From the NCBI RefSeq assembly GCF_006345805.1, contig NW_021832190.1, positions 1 through 31,916 on the forward strand: a DNA stretch of 31,916 nucleotides, read 5' to 3'. The DNA comes from Octopus sinensis (Eukaryota). Below are positions 1-11,393 of this stretch, in pieces. The position numbers and the translations under genes are program-made. Under the pieces are notes generated by a model. That model was not told the origin of the DNA. It was given only the letters and a program-made list of their open reading frames with translations, and did no database searches. Numbering within the stretch: position 1 is the first letter of the stretch; every line of letters begins with the position of its first letter.

Positions 1-333
1 GTTAACATATATATATATATATCTATATATATTATATATATATATATATATACTACATCAGTTGTTGTGTTTTGTATATGTGTTTGCACATGGGTTGGTG
101 TTCTGTGAGAAGTGGAAGTTTATCAAAAAACACAGAAGAGAGAGAGAGAGAGAGAGTGGGAGAAAGAGAAAAACGAATATAGAAAGAAAGAGAAAGAAGA
201 GAAAGCAGATAAGAGAAGGAGATGGAGGAAGCAGAACAGTTGTACAAAAATATGTATGTGTGTGTGTGTGCGAGTTTGTGCGTGCGTGTGTGTGTGAGTT
301 GGTAAATGGGTGCGCCCGTGTGTATGTGTGTGT

Positions 334-370
<37 letters not shown>

Positions 371-420
371 AGGCGAGTGTTTAGGCGTGTGCGTATGCGA
401 GTGAAAGTTATCGAGAGCCA
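1..420. repeat. Compound microsatellites (TA)n, (GA)n, (GT)n
   Basis: Directly visible: (TA)n ~8-52, (GA)n ~136-155, degenerate (GT)n ~255-420. These explain the low-complexity ORFs at 53-538 and 62-523. Confidence 0.95.
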
Positions 421-1194
421 GGTGTGTGTGTATATAAATTTCCTTTTGGCTGTTTATCGGATCCAGTGTAATATTTCTGAATTTATTGTTAGTTACACAT
501 CTATTGTTCGTCGGTTCTATTGATAAATCTGTTTCCAATAGTGAAATAATGGTTGTAGAAATGGCGAATTGGTTTCATGTTGCAGGAACCAAAAAAAAAA
601 AAAAAAAAAAAAGAAAAGAAAAAACAACAACAACAACAACAACAACATAAAATTTATCGATAATCCATTTATATCCGAGCTTCTGCTCTAATCACATTTA
701 CACTGAACTTACTCCATAATTTGTTAGATTTACAGTTTTACATTCTTTAACATTCTCAGCGAATGGCGGTAAAAATGGGGAGCAAAGGAAATATTATTTA
801 TAGTAAATATGTTGCTTTCAGACATTTTCTTTCGTCAATAAATAAACAAATAAATAAACGATAAATATATATTTTAAGAATAAAATAATAAAAAAATGAA
901 AATCATTGATACTTAAGAGCAACTTTTTAAACGCTGAACCCAAAAACCATTTAAATATTGTATATAGAAAGAGAGGTCGCTATAACGATTGTCCATGTAA
1001 TCTCGTGTACATTCCCCTCGCTTTTTTAATGCAAATCAACCAACTGTGTGTTATCATTGGAGTTTATAGGGGACACAACCTTTGTTCACCTTCAAAAATG
1101 ATATAACGTATTTTAGTGTATCGACAGTTAGCGACGGTATAGTAACAACCCAGGTGGGTAAAAATGTCAGCAAATGTCTAAGAAAGGTCAAAGG

Positions 1195-1215
1195 AGCTGG
1201 AAGAAACCCGTCGTA

Positions 1216-1274
<59 letters not shown>

Positions 1275-1480
1275 ATTTGAGTGTCTGTGTTTGTCCCCCA
1301 ACATCGCTTGACAATCGATACTGGTGTGTTTACGTTCCCGTAACTTAGCGGTTCGGCAAAAGAGACCGATAGAGTAAGTATTGGGCTTACAAAGAATAAG
1401 TCCTAGGGTCGATTTGCTCGACTAAAAGGCCGTGCTCCAGTATGGCCAAAGTCAAATGACTGAAACAAGTAAAAGAGTAA
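1195..1480 (+). mobile_element. SINE family A, 3' half with internal (TA)n/(TG)n
   Basis: Matches the other family A copies from AAACCCGTCGTATAT to the tail GTCAAATGACTGAAACAAGTAAAAGAG. Confidence 0.85.
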
Positions 1481-1513
1481 ATATATACTTATACATATAA
1501 AAATATCTTAGCA

Positions 1514-1788
1514 TATTTCGTTTTTGGATTTGGTTTGCAAGATTCTTTATATGAGTTCGTGCGTTGAAGCATATTCTGTTGTGTCTGGGGAGAGTCATTT
1601 TCTTTTTGTGCCTTATAATTTAACACATTCACCTGTAAAATTTCCACTCATTTCTATTGAAAAGGTTGCAAGACGCAACGAAAATTTTAGGAAAATAAAA
1701 ATAAGAAATAAGTGGAAATTTTACCGGTGAGCGTGTTAAATCATAAGGCACAAAAAGAAAATGACTCTCACCAGACACAACAGAATAT
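1514..1788. mobile_element. Foldback insertion with 84-bp inverted arms, bounded by a 12-bp direct repeat
   Basis: Arm 1571-1654 is the near-perfect reverse complement of 1705-1788. AATATCTTAGCA occurs at 1502-1513 and 1784-1795. The family is not identified. Confidence 0.75.
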
Positions 1789-2338
1789 CTTAGCAGTTAT
1801 ATAGAAATTTTGTCCAACGTTTTTCTTCAAATTATTTAATAAGTAATTAAGCTTTAAGAGCCACTTAAAACTTCAATATAACAGAGAACGTTATACAAAC
1901 GCACGCACGCACACGCTCACATACACACACACATGCATATATTATCAATATGACATACGCAACGTTTGTATGTTATTGAAACAACCAAGGGCTGTAGTGT
2001 TCGCCCGGGAAAAATCCCTTTATAGACGAACTGCGTTAAAAACACAGCTTCAGAGCTCGGCCAAAAAGTTACCACACCCGCCCAAAAAAAATTTGAGAGT
2101 GACAGACACTTATTTCACCTTTGTTGCACATTATCAATGTCACGTATTCGTGTCACTTCCGAAACGAAGTCTGAAGTTTATAGAAATAGTGCTTTTTCTC
2201 TGATGAAAACGCACATCTCTGGTTTTTCAGTTACATACATACGTAAAGTATGACATATTGATAAATGTTTTACTATAGAATTGCTGGTATTGCACAATTA
2301 TTCGAGATTACACACAAACACATATATGTATGCATGTA

Positions 2339-2401
<63 letters not shown>

Positions 2402-2599
2402 TATAATATATATGTATACATATGTTTATATAAATGAATTCAAGTTACAAATTCAATTTTAGTATAAAACTTACAATTCGTTATGGGGAAGAGCAGGGAA
2501 GATGGTATGTATATGCTACATGTACCCAATCAATCAAGATTAAATAGCTTTGGTTTTTAAAATTGCACTGTCTGGCCTAGGAAACATAAAGCAGGCTTG

Positions 2600-2951
2600 G
2601 CATGCATACATACATACATACATACATACATACATACATGCATGCATACATACGTACGTACATACATATATACATACATACATACATACATACATGCATA
2701 CATACGTACGTACATACATACATATATACATACATACATACATACATATATACATGCATGCATGCATGCATGCATGCATACATACATACATAAATACATA
2801 CATACATACATACATACATACATACATACATACACATATACATACATACAAATTATACTTACATCTACATACATACATACATACATACATAATACATACA
2901 TACATACATGCATGCATACATACAAATATACATACATACATACACATATAC

Positions 2952-2982
<31 letters not shown>

Positions 2983-3047
2983 CATACATACATACATACA
3001 TACATACATACATACATACATACAAATATACATACATACAAATATAC

Positions 3048-3078
<31 letters not shown>

Positions 3079-3143
3079 CATACATACATACATACATACA
3101 TGCATGCATACATACAAATATACATACATACATACACATATAC

Positions 3144-3174
<31 letters not shown>

Positions 3175-3225
3175 CATACATACATACATACATACGTGTG
3201 TGTGTGTGTATATATATACATACAT
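2600..3225. repeat. (CATA)n compound tetranucleotide microsatellite
   Basis: Visible tract with CATG and CAAATA interruptions. Confidence 0.97.
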
Positions 3226-3290
3226 AAATCTTCAATTAATGAAGGGAATAACGTTAGTCGACTCAATGTACTACACTATGTTACTTTGAA

Positions 3291-3350
3291 GCGAGCTAGC
3301 AGAATCGTTAGCGTGTCGGGAAAATGTTTAGCGGTATCTCTTCCAGTTTA
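3291..3350 (+). mobile_element. SINE family B, diverged 5' head
   Basis: GCGAGCTAGCAGAATCGTTAGCG...TTAGCGGTAT matches the family B head seen at 5817 and (minus strand) at 7224. Confidence 0.7.
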
Positions 3351-3669
3351 TTATATTTTGTGTTCAAATTCAGGTGGCTTTAATCTCACTGACGGTGATA
3401 AAGTAAAGTACTAGTCAATATAACTAAGTTTTTTTTCCCTATAAAGAATTACAAACCCTTGTACCAGGAGTCCGAAAAACTATTTGGTAGTTACAGAATA
3501 TGATGTCACATAAGACTCACTTTCTTTCCAGAAACATGCCTCAAAACAAAAGAAAAGGAGAAAAATTACCCTGTGGTCCAATAGGCGAAGCTGGGCCTAT
3601 ATTACAAGCTTTAATGCATAAAACCGGTTTCTGTTTTGTTATTTTTGTATCAAAATTTTAAACAACATA

Positions 3670-4030
3670 GGCGTAGGAGTGGCTGTTTGGTAAGTAGCTT
3701 GCTTACCAACCACATGGTTCTGGGTTCAGTCACACTGCGTGGCACCTTGGACAAGTGTCTTCTACTATCGCCTCGGGTCGACCAAAGCGTCGTATATATG
3801 TCTATATATGTATGTGTGCGTGTATATGTTTGTGTGCCTGTGTTTCCCCTCCAATATCGTTTGACAACCGATGCTGGTGTGTTTACGTCCCCGTAACTTA
3901 GCGGTTCAGAAAAAGAGACCGGTAGAATAAGTACTAGACTTACAGAGAAGTTCTGGGGTAGATTTGCTCAACTAAAGGCCGTGCTCCAGCATGGCCGCAG
4001 TCAAATGATTGGAACAAGTAAAAGAGAGAG
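3670..4030 (+). mobile_element. SINE family A (tRNA-derived, CORE-like), near full length
   Basis: Pol III A box TGGCTGTTTGG and B box GGTTCAGTCAC. ACCTTGGACAAGTGTCTT resembles the CORE-SINE motif ACCTTGGGCAAGTCACTT (recalled consensus). Has the family tail and an internal deletion before CGTCGTATAT. Confidence 0.85.
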
Positions 4031-4122
4031 TAAATATTTGCTGTATGCCAGATTTAATGTTATACAAGACTCACTTCTCTCTCTCCCCCAAATATCAGCA
4101 GGGACGTAAACAGGACGTAAAC

Positions 4123-4640
4123 GCGTCAACACCGGTTGACAAGCGGTGGTGGGGACAACACCGACACAAAGACGCACATGCATATGTATGTGCATGTGTG
4201 TGTGTGTGAGTGTGTGTATATGTATGTGTTTGATTGTGTGAATATGTATGTGTATGTATGTGAGTGTGTGTGAGTGTGTATATATGTATGTGTGTATGTG
4301 TGTGTATTGTATGTGTATGTGTGTGTATTGTATGTGTATGTGTGTGTATGAGTGTGTGTATATGTATGTTTATGTATGTGTGTGTGAGTGTGTGTGAGTG
4401 TGTGTATATGTACGTGTATGTATATGTGTGTGTGTGTGTGTGAGTGTGTGTATATGTATGTTTGTGCGTGTGTGACGGGTTTCTTTCTGTTTCCGTCTAC
4501 CAAATGCACCCACAAGGCTTAGGTCGGCCCGAGGTCATAGTTCAAGACACTTCCACCGAGGTGCCTCGCAGTGGGACTGAACCCAGAGCCCCATGTGGTT
4601 GGGAAAGCAAGCTTCTTGTCACGCAGCCAGCCCTGCGCCT
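4123..4640 (-). mobile_element. SINE family A with an expanded internal (GT/GTAT)n tract
   Basis: Reverse complement of the head at 4475-4640 and of the post-microsatellite segment at 4123-4170, separated by a ~300-bp microsatellite. Confidence 0.8.
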
Positions 4641-5084
4641 ATGTTCAAAAGTATTGATTCTAAAACGCATACTCGTACACACAAAACACATTTACTATGT
4701 GTTATCATTTCGAAATGGCGTGATATTTCGTGATATTTTTAATTTTTGCTTTCCAATATCAACTTCAGTTTATGTATTATTATCAGAGCGTTCAATGTAT
4801 CAAAAGTCACTGAAGAAATGGATGCATAATATCTACAAGGGAACTCAGGAATCAGATGTTATTGCAATCTATCATAATAAATAATGACAGAAATTGAAAT
4901 AGAAGTTACGTTTGCCAACAACCTTCCTGGTGATAATGGATAGGGAACAATAATATAAGTCATCATATATGCATAGACGGATATATAAACGTAGATATAT
5001 ACATTACATACATTCGCAGCAGCATAGAAATGCGTGTGTATGTATATGTCATGATGTGTAACTGTGCGCAACTAAGTTAACGTG

Positions 5085-5092
5085 TGTATGCT

Positions 5093-5156
<64 letters not shown>

Positions 5157-5253
5157 CACGTATGTATGTATGTATGTATGCATTTATATATATATACATA
5201 CATATATACACACACATATATATATATACATATTTACATATATACATATATAC

Positions 5254-5312
<59 letters not shown>

Positions 5313-5560
5313 ATATATATATATATATATAAGTATATATGTATGTAAGTATGTATTTATATATATATATATACATACATATATACACACACACATATAT
5401 ACATACACACACGCACACACACACAAACATATATATATATATATATACACACACATGTATACATATATATTTGTGTGTCTATATATGTATGTATGTATGT
5501 ATGCATGTATGTATATACATATACATATACACACTCACATATATAAACACATACATGCAA
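5085..5560. repeat. (TA)n/(TACA)n compound microsatellite
   Basis: Directly visible. Confidence 0.97.
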
Positions 5561-5816
5561 ATGTAAAAGAGAAAATATTCACATAAAATTTTTGAATGAC
5601 ATAAAATATTAACTTTTGCAGAATAAAATTGTTCAGAAATGAAGCATTAAAAGTAAAAATAAAAGTCATTATTCTGTGTTTCTTATGAATTGTTCATAAT
5701 TCCATTCCACAATAAATTGCTCTTTGGAATTGGAATTTTCGTTATGTAGCGGCGACCAAAATTATTAGGAAACCGAAAGTTTTAATTGCTATCGATATTA
5801 AGGTATAGGAAAGACA

Positions 5817-6228
5817 GAGAGCTGGCAGAATCGTTAGCACGCTGAACGAAATGCTTAGCCGTATTTCGTTTGCCGCTACGTTCTGAGTTCAAATTCCGCG
5901 AGGTCGACTTTGCCTTTCATTTTTTCGGGGTTGACTAAATAAGAGCCAGTTACGCACGGGGGTCGATGTAATCGCCTCAATCCGTTTGACTGTCCTTGTT
6001 TGTCCCCTCTGTGCTTAGCCCCTTGTGGGCAGTAAAGAAATAGGTATTTCGTCTGCCGTTACATTCTGAGTTCAAATTTCAGCGAGGTCGACTTTGCCTT
6101 TCACCCTTTCGGAGTCGATAAACTAAGTACCAGTTAAACCCCAGGGTCGATTTAATCGACTTAATACCTTTGTCTGTCCTTGTTTTCCCCCTCTATGTTT
6201 AGCCCCTTGTGGGCAATAAAGAAATAAG
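5817..6228 (+). mobile_element. SINE family B, head plus two tandem bodies
   Basis: A box TGGCAGAATCG and B box GAGTTCAAATTCC. Central GCCTTTCATCCTTTCGGGGTCGATAA is similar to the Meta/MESC-type SINE domain (recalled, not verified). Tail CCCCTTGTGGGCA(G/A)TAAAGAAATA. The second body restarts at GTATTTCGTC. Confidence 0.85.
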
Positions 6229-6809
6229 AATCGTTCGCACGCTGGACGAAATGCTTAGCCGTATTTCGCCAGTAGCTACGTTCTGAGTTCGAATTCAACC
6301 GCGGTCAATTTTAGTTTTCATCTTTTCGGGGTTGATAAAATTAGTACCAGTGATGTGCTGGGGTCAATGTAATCGACTTAATACCTTCCCCCAAAATTTA
6401 AGACATTGTGCTTCCAGCTGAAAGGATATTAAGGTACGGAAATGTTACGAGCTGGTAAAATCGTTAGCACGCCGGCCATGTTTGGTGGCATTTCGTTCAT
6501 CCTAACGCTTTAAGTTCAAATTCTACTGAAGTGGACTTTGCCTCTCATCGTTTCGGGGTCGATGCAATAAGTACCAGTTACGTACTGGAGGTCGATGTAA
6601 TCGACTAGCTCCGCACTGACCCAAAGTTTCAGGCTTTGTGCCTATAGTAGAAAGGTTTTTAAGGTACGGGAAAGGTGGTGAGGTGGCAGAATCGTTAGCA
6701 CGCCGGGCAAAATGCTTAGCGGCGTTTCGTCCATCTTTACGTTCTGAGTTCGAATTCCACCGAGGTCGACTTTATTTTTTATTCCTTTCGGCATCGATAA
6801 AATAAGTAC
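6229..6809 (+). mobile_element. Three further, older SINE B copies in tandem (alternative 3' tail)
   Basis: Heads GAATCGTT at ~6229, ~6458 and ~6689. The tails end in TTGTGC...AAAGG rather than CCCCTTGTGGG. The last copy is interrupted at 6809. Confidence 0.75.
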
Positions 6810-7224
6810 TTATTTCTTTATTACCCACAAGGGGCTAAACACAGAGGGGACAAACAAGGACAGACATAGGTATTAAGTCGATTACATCGACCCCAGTGCG
6901 TAACTGGTACTTAATTTATCGACCCCGAAAGGATGAAAGGCAAAGTCGACCTCGGCGGAATTTGAACTCAAACGTAACAGCTGATGAAATACCTATTTCT
7001 TTACTACCCACAAGGGGCTAAAAACAGAGGGGACAAACAAAGACAGACATAGGTATTAAGTCGATTACATCGACCCCAGTGCGTAACTGGTACTTAATTT
7101 ATCGACCCCGAAAGGATGAAAGGCAAAGTCGACCTCGGCGGAATTTGAACTCACAACGTAACGCAGACGAAATACCGCTAAGCATTTCGCCCGGCGTGCT
7201 AATGTTTCTGCCAGCTCGCCGCCT
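6810..7224 (-). mobile_element. SINE B dimer inserted into another SINE B, 12-bp TSD
   Basis: TAAAATAAGTAC at 6798-6809 and 7225-7236. The interrupted host copy resumes at 7225-7320 (CAGTTGAGCACTGGGG...). Confidence 0.9.
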
Positions 7225-7672
7225 TAAAATAAGTACCAGTTGAGCACTGGGGCCGATGTATTTGGCTTCCCACCTCCTCCGAAAATGCTGGCCTTTTGCC
7301 AAAATTGGAATCGATATTATGCTACAGATGCAGGAATGACTTTCTAGACACTGAAGGTCTGGAACCCCTGATAGACGGCACGTATTTACGAAGGGGAACT
7401 TCAGATTTCCGCGGCTGCCACATTAGTTAATTGGTACCTTGCAGAGATTAGTACTTTATACTCTACAGTATTAATAAACTTGCCTCATTTATACTAATGT
7501 ACAGGTACGTGTATTTACTTTAATAACACAGTGTACCCCGATTTTTGTCCTCGGGTAGCAACTGATATTTCCTATTTGCTTACCCCTAGAAAGTATGAAA
7601 AGTGGCTAACATTTCCCCTAAACGTTGATTTTGTTACATTTATTCAAATCCCAAATGTATAACATTGCATAT

Positions 7673-8058
7673 GTGGAGGCGCAATGGCCCAGTGGTTAGG
7701 GCAGCGGACTCGCGGTCGTAGGATTGCGGTTTCGATTCCCAGACCGGGCGTTGTGAGTGTTTATTGAGCGAAAACACCTAAAAAAGCTCCACGAGGCTCC
7801 GGCAGGGGATGGTGGTGATCCCTGCTGTACTCTTTCACCACAACTTTCTCTCACTCTTACTTCCTGTTTCTGTTGTACCTGTATTTCAAAGGGCCGGCCT
7901 TGTCACTCTCTGTGTCACGCTGAATATCCCCGAGAACTACGTTAAGAGTACACGTGTCTGTGGAGTGCTCAGCCACTTACACGATAATTTCACGAGCAGG
8001 CTGTTCCGTTGATCGGATCAACCGGAACCCTCGTCGTCGTAACCGACGGAGTGCTTCC
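7673..8058 (+). mobile_element. SINE family C (tRNA-Arg-like head), full length with TSD
   Basis: A box TGGCCCAGTGG, B box GGTTTCGATTCC and an anticodon-like TCG. TSD AACATTGCATAT at 7661-7672 and 8059-8070. Near-identical to the copy at 31199-31582. Confidence 0.9.
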
Positions 8059-8547
8059 AACATTGCATATGTGGACAGATTTACCTGCTTTTACCATCCT
8101 ACCATATTTTCGTTTCATATTTTCCAGAATAAATAGGAGCGAATAACATTCATGCATGCCTTTGACGCTTTTTGAGTATTTGAGCATTTGATTTGATTAT
8201 TTTAGCTTTAATTTTACATTTTTTTCCAAGTAATTATATTCAAGTTTCTTCTGAAAAAAAAACGAAACATTTTTATTAAGTAAATAGTTGAAATGTTGCC
8301 ACTTTCAAAATGTGATAAATATCGCAATATTAAAGTAGAAAAAAGTACGATACGTGACCTACATCTAATTATTGAATTTTTTTTTGTCCATACTGTTGTA
8401 AATGGAATTGAAAAATGTTTGACCACGAATTACGGTACGATTTTGCTCGGTGCATTCGTGGCAACTTTGTTTACCGGTATATTTACATATGTTGACCGAA
8501 CCCGAAAACACACAAACATGTGTGTGTGTGTGTGTGTGCGTGCGTGT

Positions 8548-8772
8548 GTGTCTTTGTGTCTGTGTTTGTCCCCCAACCTGTGCTTGACACCCGGTGTTGG
8601 TGTGTTTAGGCTCACCCCTTATCTTAGCGGATTGGTAAATCGGGTCAATAGAATAAGTATCAGGCTTTTAAAAAATAAGCAGAGGGACCTATTCATTCGA
8701 TTAAAAATCTTTCAGGGCAATGCCCCAGCATGGCCGCAATCTAATGATTGAAGCAAGAAGTCAAAGATAAAA
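8548..8772 (+). mobile_element. SINE family A, diverged 3' half
   Basis: TGTTTGTCCCC...CCAGCATGGCCGCA...TGATTGAAGCAAG aligns to the family A tail. Confidence 0.7.
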
Positions 8773-8789
8773 TATATATATACAATATG

Positions 8790-8888
8790 TGCATGCATAC
8801 AAATATAATATTTATATATATATAATATATATATATATAATATTTATATATATAAGCACATACACAAAATACACACACATATATGTAC

Positions 8889-8934
<46 letters not shown>

Positions 8935-9093
8935 GTCCATTTCCTTGGTTTTTGTGTTTATGTTTTCGTTTCTCATTGTGTTCGACGTTTTTTTTTTTGG
9001 TGTCCTGTACTCATATATGCATGTATATATACATGTAGAGGTAGGTACGTACATATATGTGTATATATATGTCATATTTTTATTATTATTATA

Positions 9094-9140
<47 letters not shown>

Positions 9141-9169
9141 TATGTATATATATATATATGTTATGTATA

Positions 9170-9211
<42 letters not shown>

Positions 9212-9230
9212 ATGCACATATGTATGTATG
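8790..9230. repeat. Interrupted (TA)n microsatellites
   Basis: Directly visible. Confidence 0.9.
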
Positions 9231-10056
9231 TTCTGGACGCTAATATATTCTTTACGTTAATGCTTGTGATGTATTTGTACGTCACAGTTTTTTTCTATTT
9301 CTCCACTACTGAAAAACAGAGCATCAGCGGAGCTAACTGTTAATATTTGCTTAACCGGTGAAGTATGCAAGACGAAAGAAGAGTACCAAGTGATGCGGAA
9401 AAATGGGACCATTTAATGTAAGCCAAGAATGTTGTGTTTTCATGTTTGAACACAGCAAGCACTGTGCACCTTTTATCTCTCACACTTCACCATTAACTAC
9501 AGCTGGTCTAATAAAACGGTAAAATTCCTAAAATAATACAGCCTCTTCAAGCACATTTCTACGTGAAATTTCTACCTATGTCTATTACTTGGTTGCTTTC
9601 TCGGTTGGCTGGGTTTTTTTTTTTTTTTGGAATATTGTGTGTTTTGTCAACATTTGAGAAGATCGCTAATTTCTCGAAATTTATGTTTTAGTTTGTTGTT
9701 CTTTATTACTCTCTACATTCATTTCTGTGATGTTGTTTTTATGAATTTGAACCCGAAAATATGTAGAAATGACTGAGGATAACTGAGAAGGTACTGGAGT
9801 GGTGTGAGGGAGTGTTTTACAAACGGTTGTATAGTATTAAGTTAAGGATTTTAAGTCCAAAATCTACAGGGGTCAGTTTTATCGTTCAGGTATGAAAGCA
9901 GGGTAAATAATTCCGTGAAATCAAGAAAATCCACCTAACACATTCTGCTCTCTAAATTACCCACACTCTAATTTTAAATCAATTAATTTTCCTTATTGTC
10001 TACCTTAGATTTAACTTCTCATCTAAGATAATTAGGTGAGCTCATTAACTATTATT

Positions 10057-10274
10057 GGAGAGGGGCTTTCTCCGTCCGGGTTGCGGATCCGTGGAATAAG
10101 CTGCCGGACGAGATAGCGAAGATGCCGACGACCGCTCGGTTCGAAGTCTCTCTTGATCAGAAATGGCCTAAACTCTTTGTATAACCACCTTCCCTGTACA
10201 TAACTCCCTGTCCCCCTACATAGCCTTGCTTTTGCTTTTTGAGCCAATAAAAATTGAATTGAATTGAATTGAAT
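10057..10274 (+). mobile_element. CR1-group LINE, 5'-truncated 3' end
   Basis: Frame 10059-10184 reads RGAFSVRVADPWNKLPDEIAKMPTTARFEVSLDQKWPKLFV*, matching the CR1 ORF2 C-terminal 'FS.RV...WN.LP' motif. A short 3' UTR and an (AATTG)n tail at ~10252-10274 follow. Confidence 0.85.
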
Positions 10275-10772
10275 ATAAGTATCCCGTACCAGACATCAGC
10301 TTGCAGCTTAATATTTCAATGGTCTTCTTTGGGGATCTGTAACCTTGGACAAAAACTGAAGACAAGTAATGTCAGCCGGAGTCTGCTGAGATCGATTCTA
10401 ATATCAGGCGGGGTCGTTTCAGAATTAATCATTAATCGAAAAAGCATCAGAGAATTAATAATTTCTCTTCATTATTAGTGTAATTTTAATTAATTAAACG
10501 TATTGGTTTATTACATTAAGCATGTCAACACTAGCTTTACCGTTTGGTTATCATGCAGATAGTGTACTTGGGTTTTATTCCATAATCCTTATATCAGTAG
10601 ACTATAACCCTAATCCATCTCCAAGAATTCGCTTGTTCTAAGACCGAAGAACTCATGATCTTCATCGGTATCGCTCACTTATTTTTCATTTCATGTATGT
10701 CATTTATATCTTTGAAATACCACGATTGTCAAAACTTCACATTTATTCCCCACGTTTTTCAGTGTTGGTATC

Positions 10773-11010
10773 TTTTTGTCTCAAACAAGGCTTGAGGCCG
10801 CTGTAGCGTTTGAGACTACAAAGAAGGAAAAGAAGGGACCTAAAAAAATTCAAAAGATGTCGATTGACAGAACAGAATATCAGACCAGAGGACAACAAGA
10901 CGATGGTAGAGAGTTCCAGAGAGCAATTGTTTGAGGAAAGAAGCTATTAGAATTATAAGACTTATGTCTACCTGGTAACTCAACGATGAAGGGGTAGATC
11001 CAGGAAGACA
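10773..11010 (-). mobile_element. CR1/L2-group LINE 3' fragment
   Basis: Minus-strand translation HKSYNSNSFFPQTIALWNSLPSSC matches the ORF2 C-terminal 'SFFP.T..LWNSLP' motif. 3' stem-loop with a 9-bp stem (GTCTCAAAC 10778-10786 / GTTTGAGAC 10808-10816). Confidence 0.8.
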
Positions 11011-11190
11011 AGCGGGTGTCACGTTTAGAGAATGTCACTGACGGTATTAGACCAAAAAGTTTTCGTAAAGATGTTAAAATAACATTAGTGTCTGGATACA
11101 TGGTGAGAGTTGTCCAGCATAGACAACATCTTGGTTTTTGTTACTACTCTGGGTTTTTTTTTGTTAAGCAGATGGTAGTTCCAAAAGTCC

Positions 11191-11393
11191 TTATTTAAGT
11201 GTTTGATGACCATGTCTCATGTTGTATCGGTCCCAGACGCCTCCAGTATAATATGCCATGAATTTAGTGATTACTGGAGTACTATATGGTGTTAAGCTTC
11301 TAGTAAATCGATCTTGCAAGAGCGGTTTTGTTTTTCGGCTGTCTTCAATTTTTATCTTTCTTGCAATGGTACGATCTGACAGGGAACCACCAA
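11191..11393 (-). CDS. Candidate terminal coding exon (phase 1) of an unidentified gene
   Basis: Strong acceptor TTCTCTTGTTTGTTTACAG| followed by an open frame of 66 codons (GGSLSDRTIARKIKIEDSRK...YYTGGVWDRYNMRHGHQTLK*) in non-repetitive sequence. Phase-compatible with the exon at 30197-30361. No homolog recognised. Confidence 0.4.

Noticed and set aside
2198-2230. CTGATGA at ~2199 and at 6981 as hammerhead cores
   Set aside because: No GAAA/stem III/NUH arrangement follows. The 6981 match is a point variant within SINE B.
53-5566. Long ORFs rich in H/T/Y/I/V/C/M (e.g. 2540-3235, 2597-3289, 5082-5566, and similar ones later in the window)
   Set aside because: They are translations of (TA)n, (CA)n and (CATA)n microsatellites, which lack stop codons in several frames.
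7673-7750. tRNA-Arg gene (also at 22480-22549 and 31199)
   Set aside because: No acceptor-stem pairing, and the sequence continues into a conserved SINE body flanked by TSDs.
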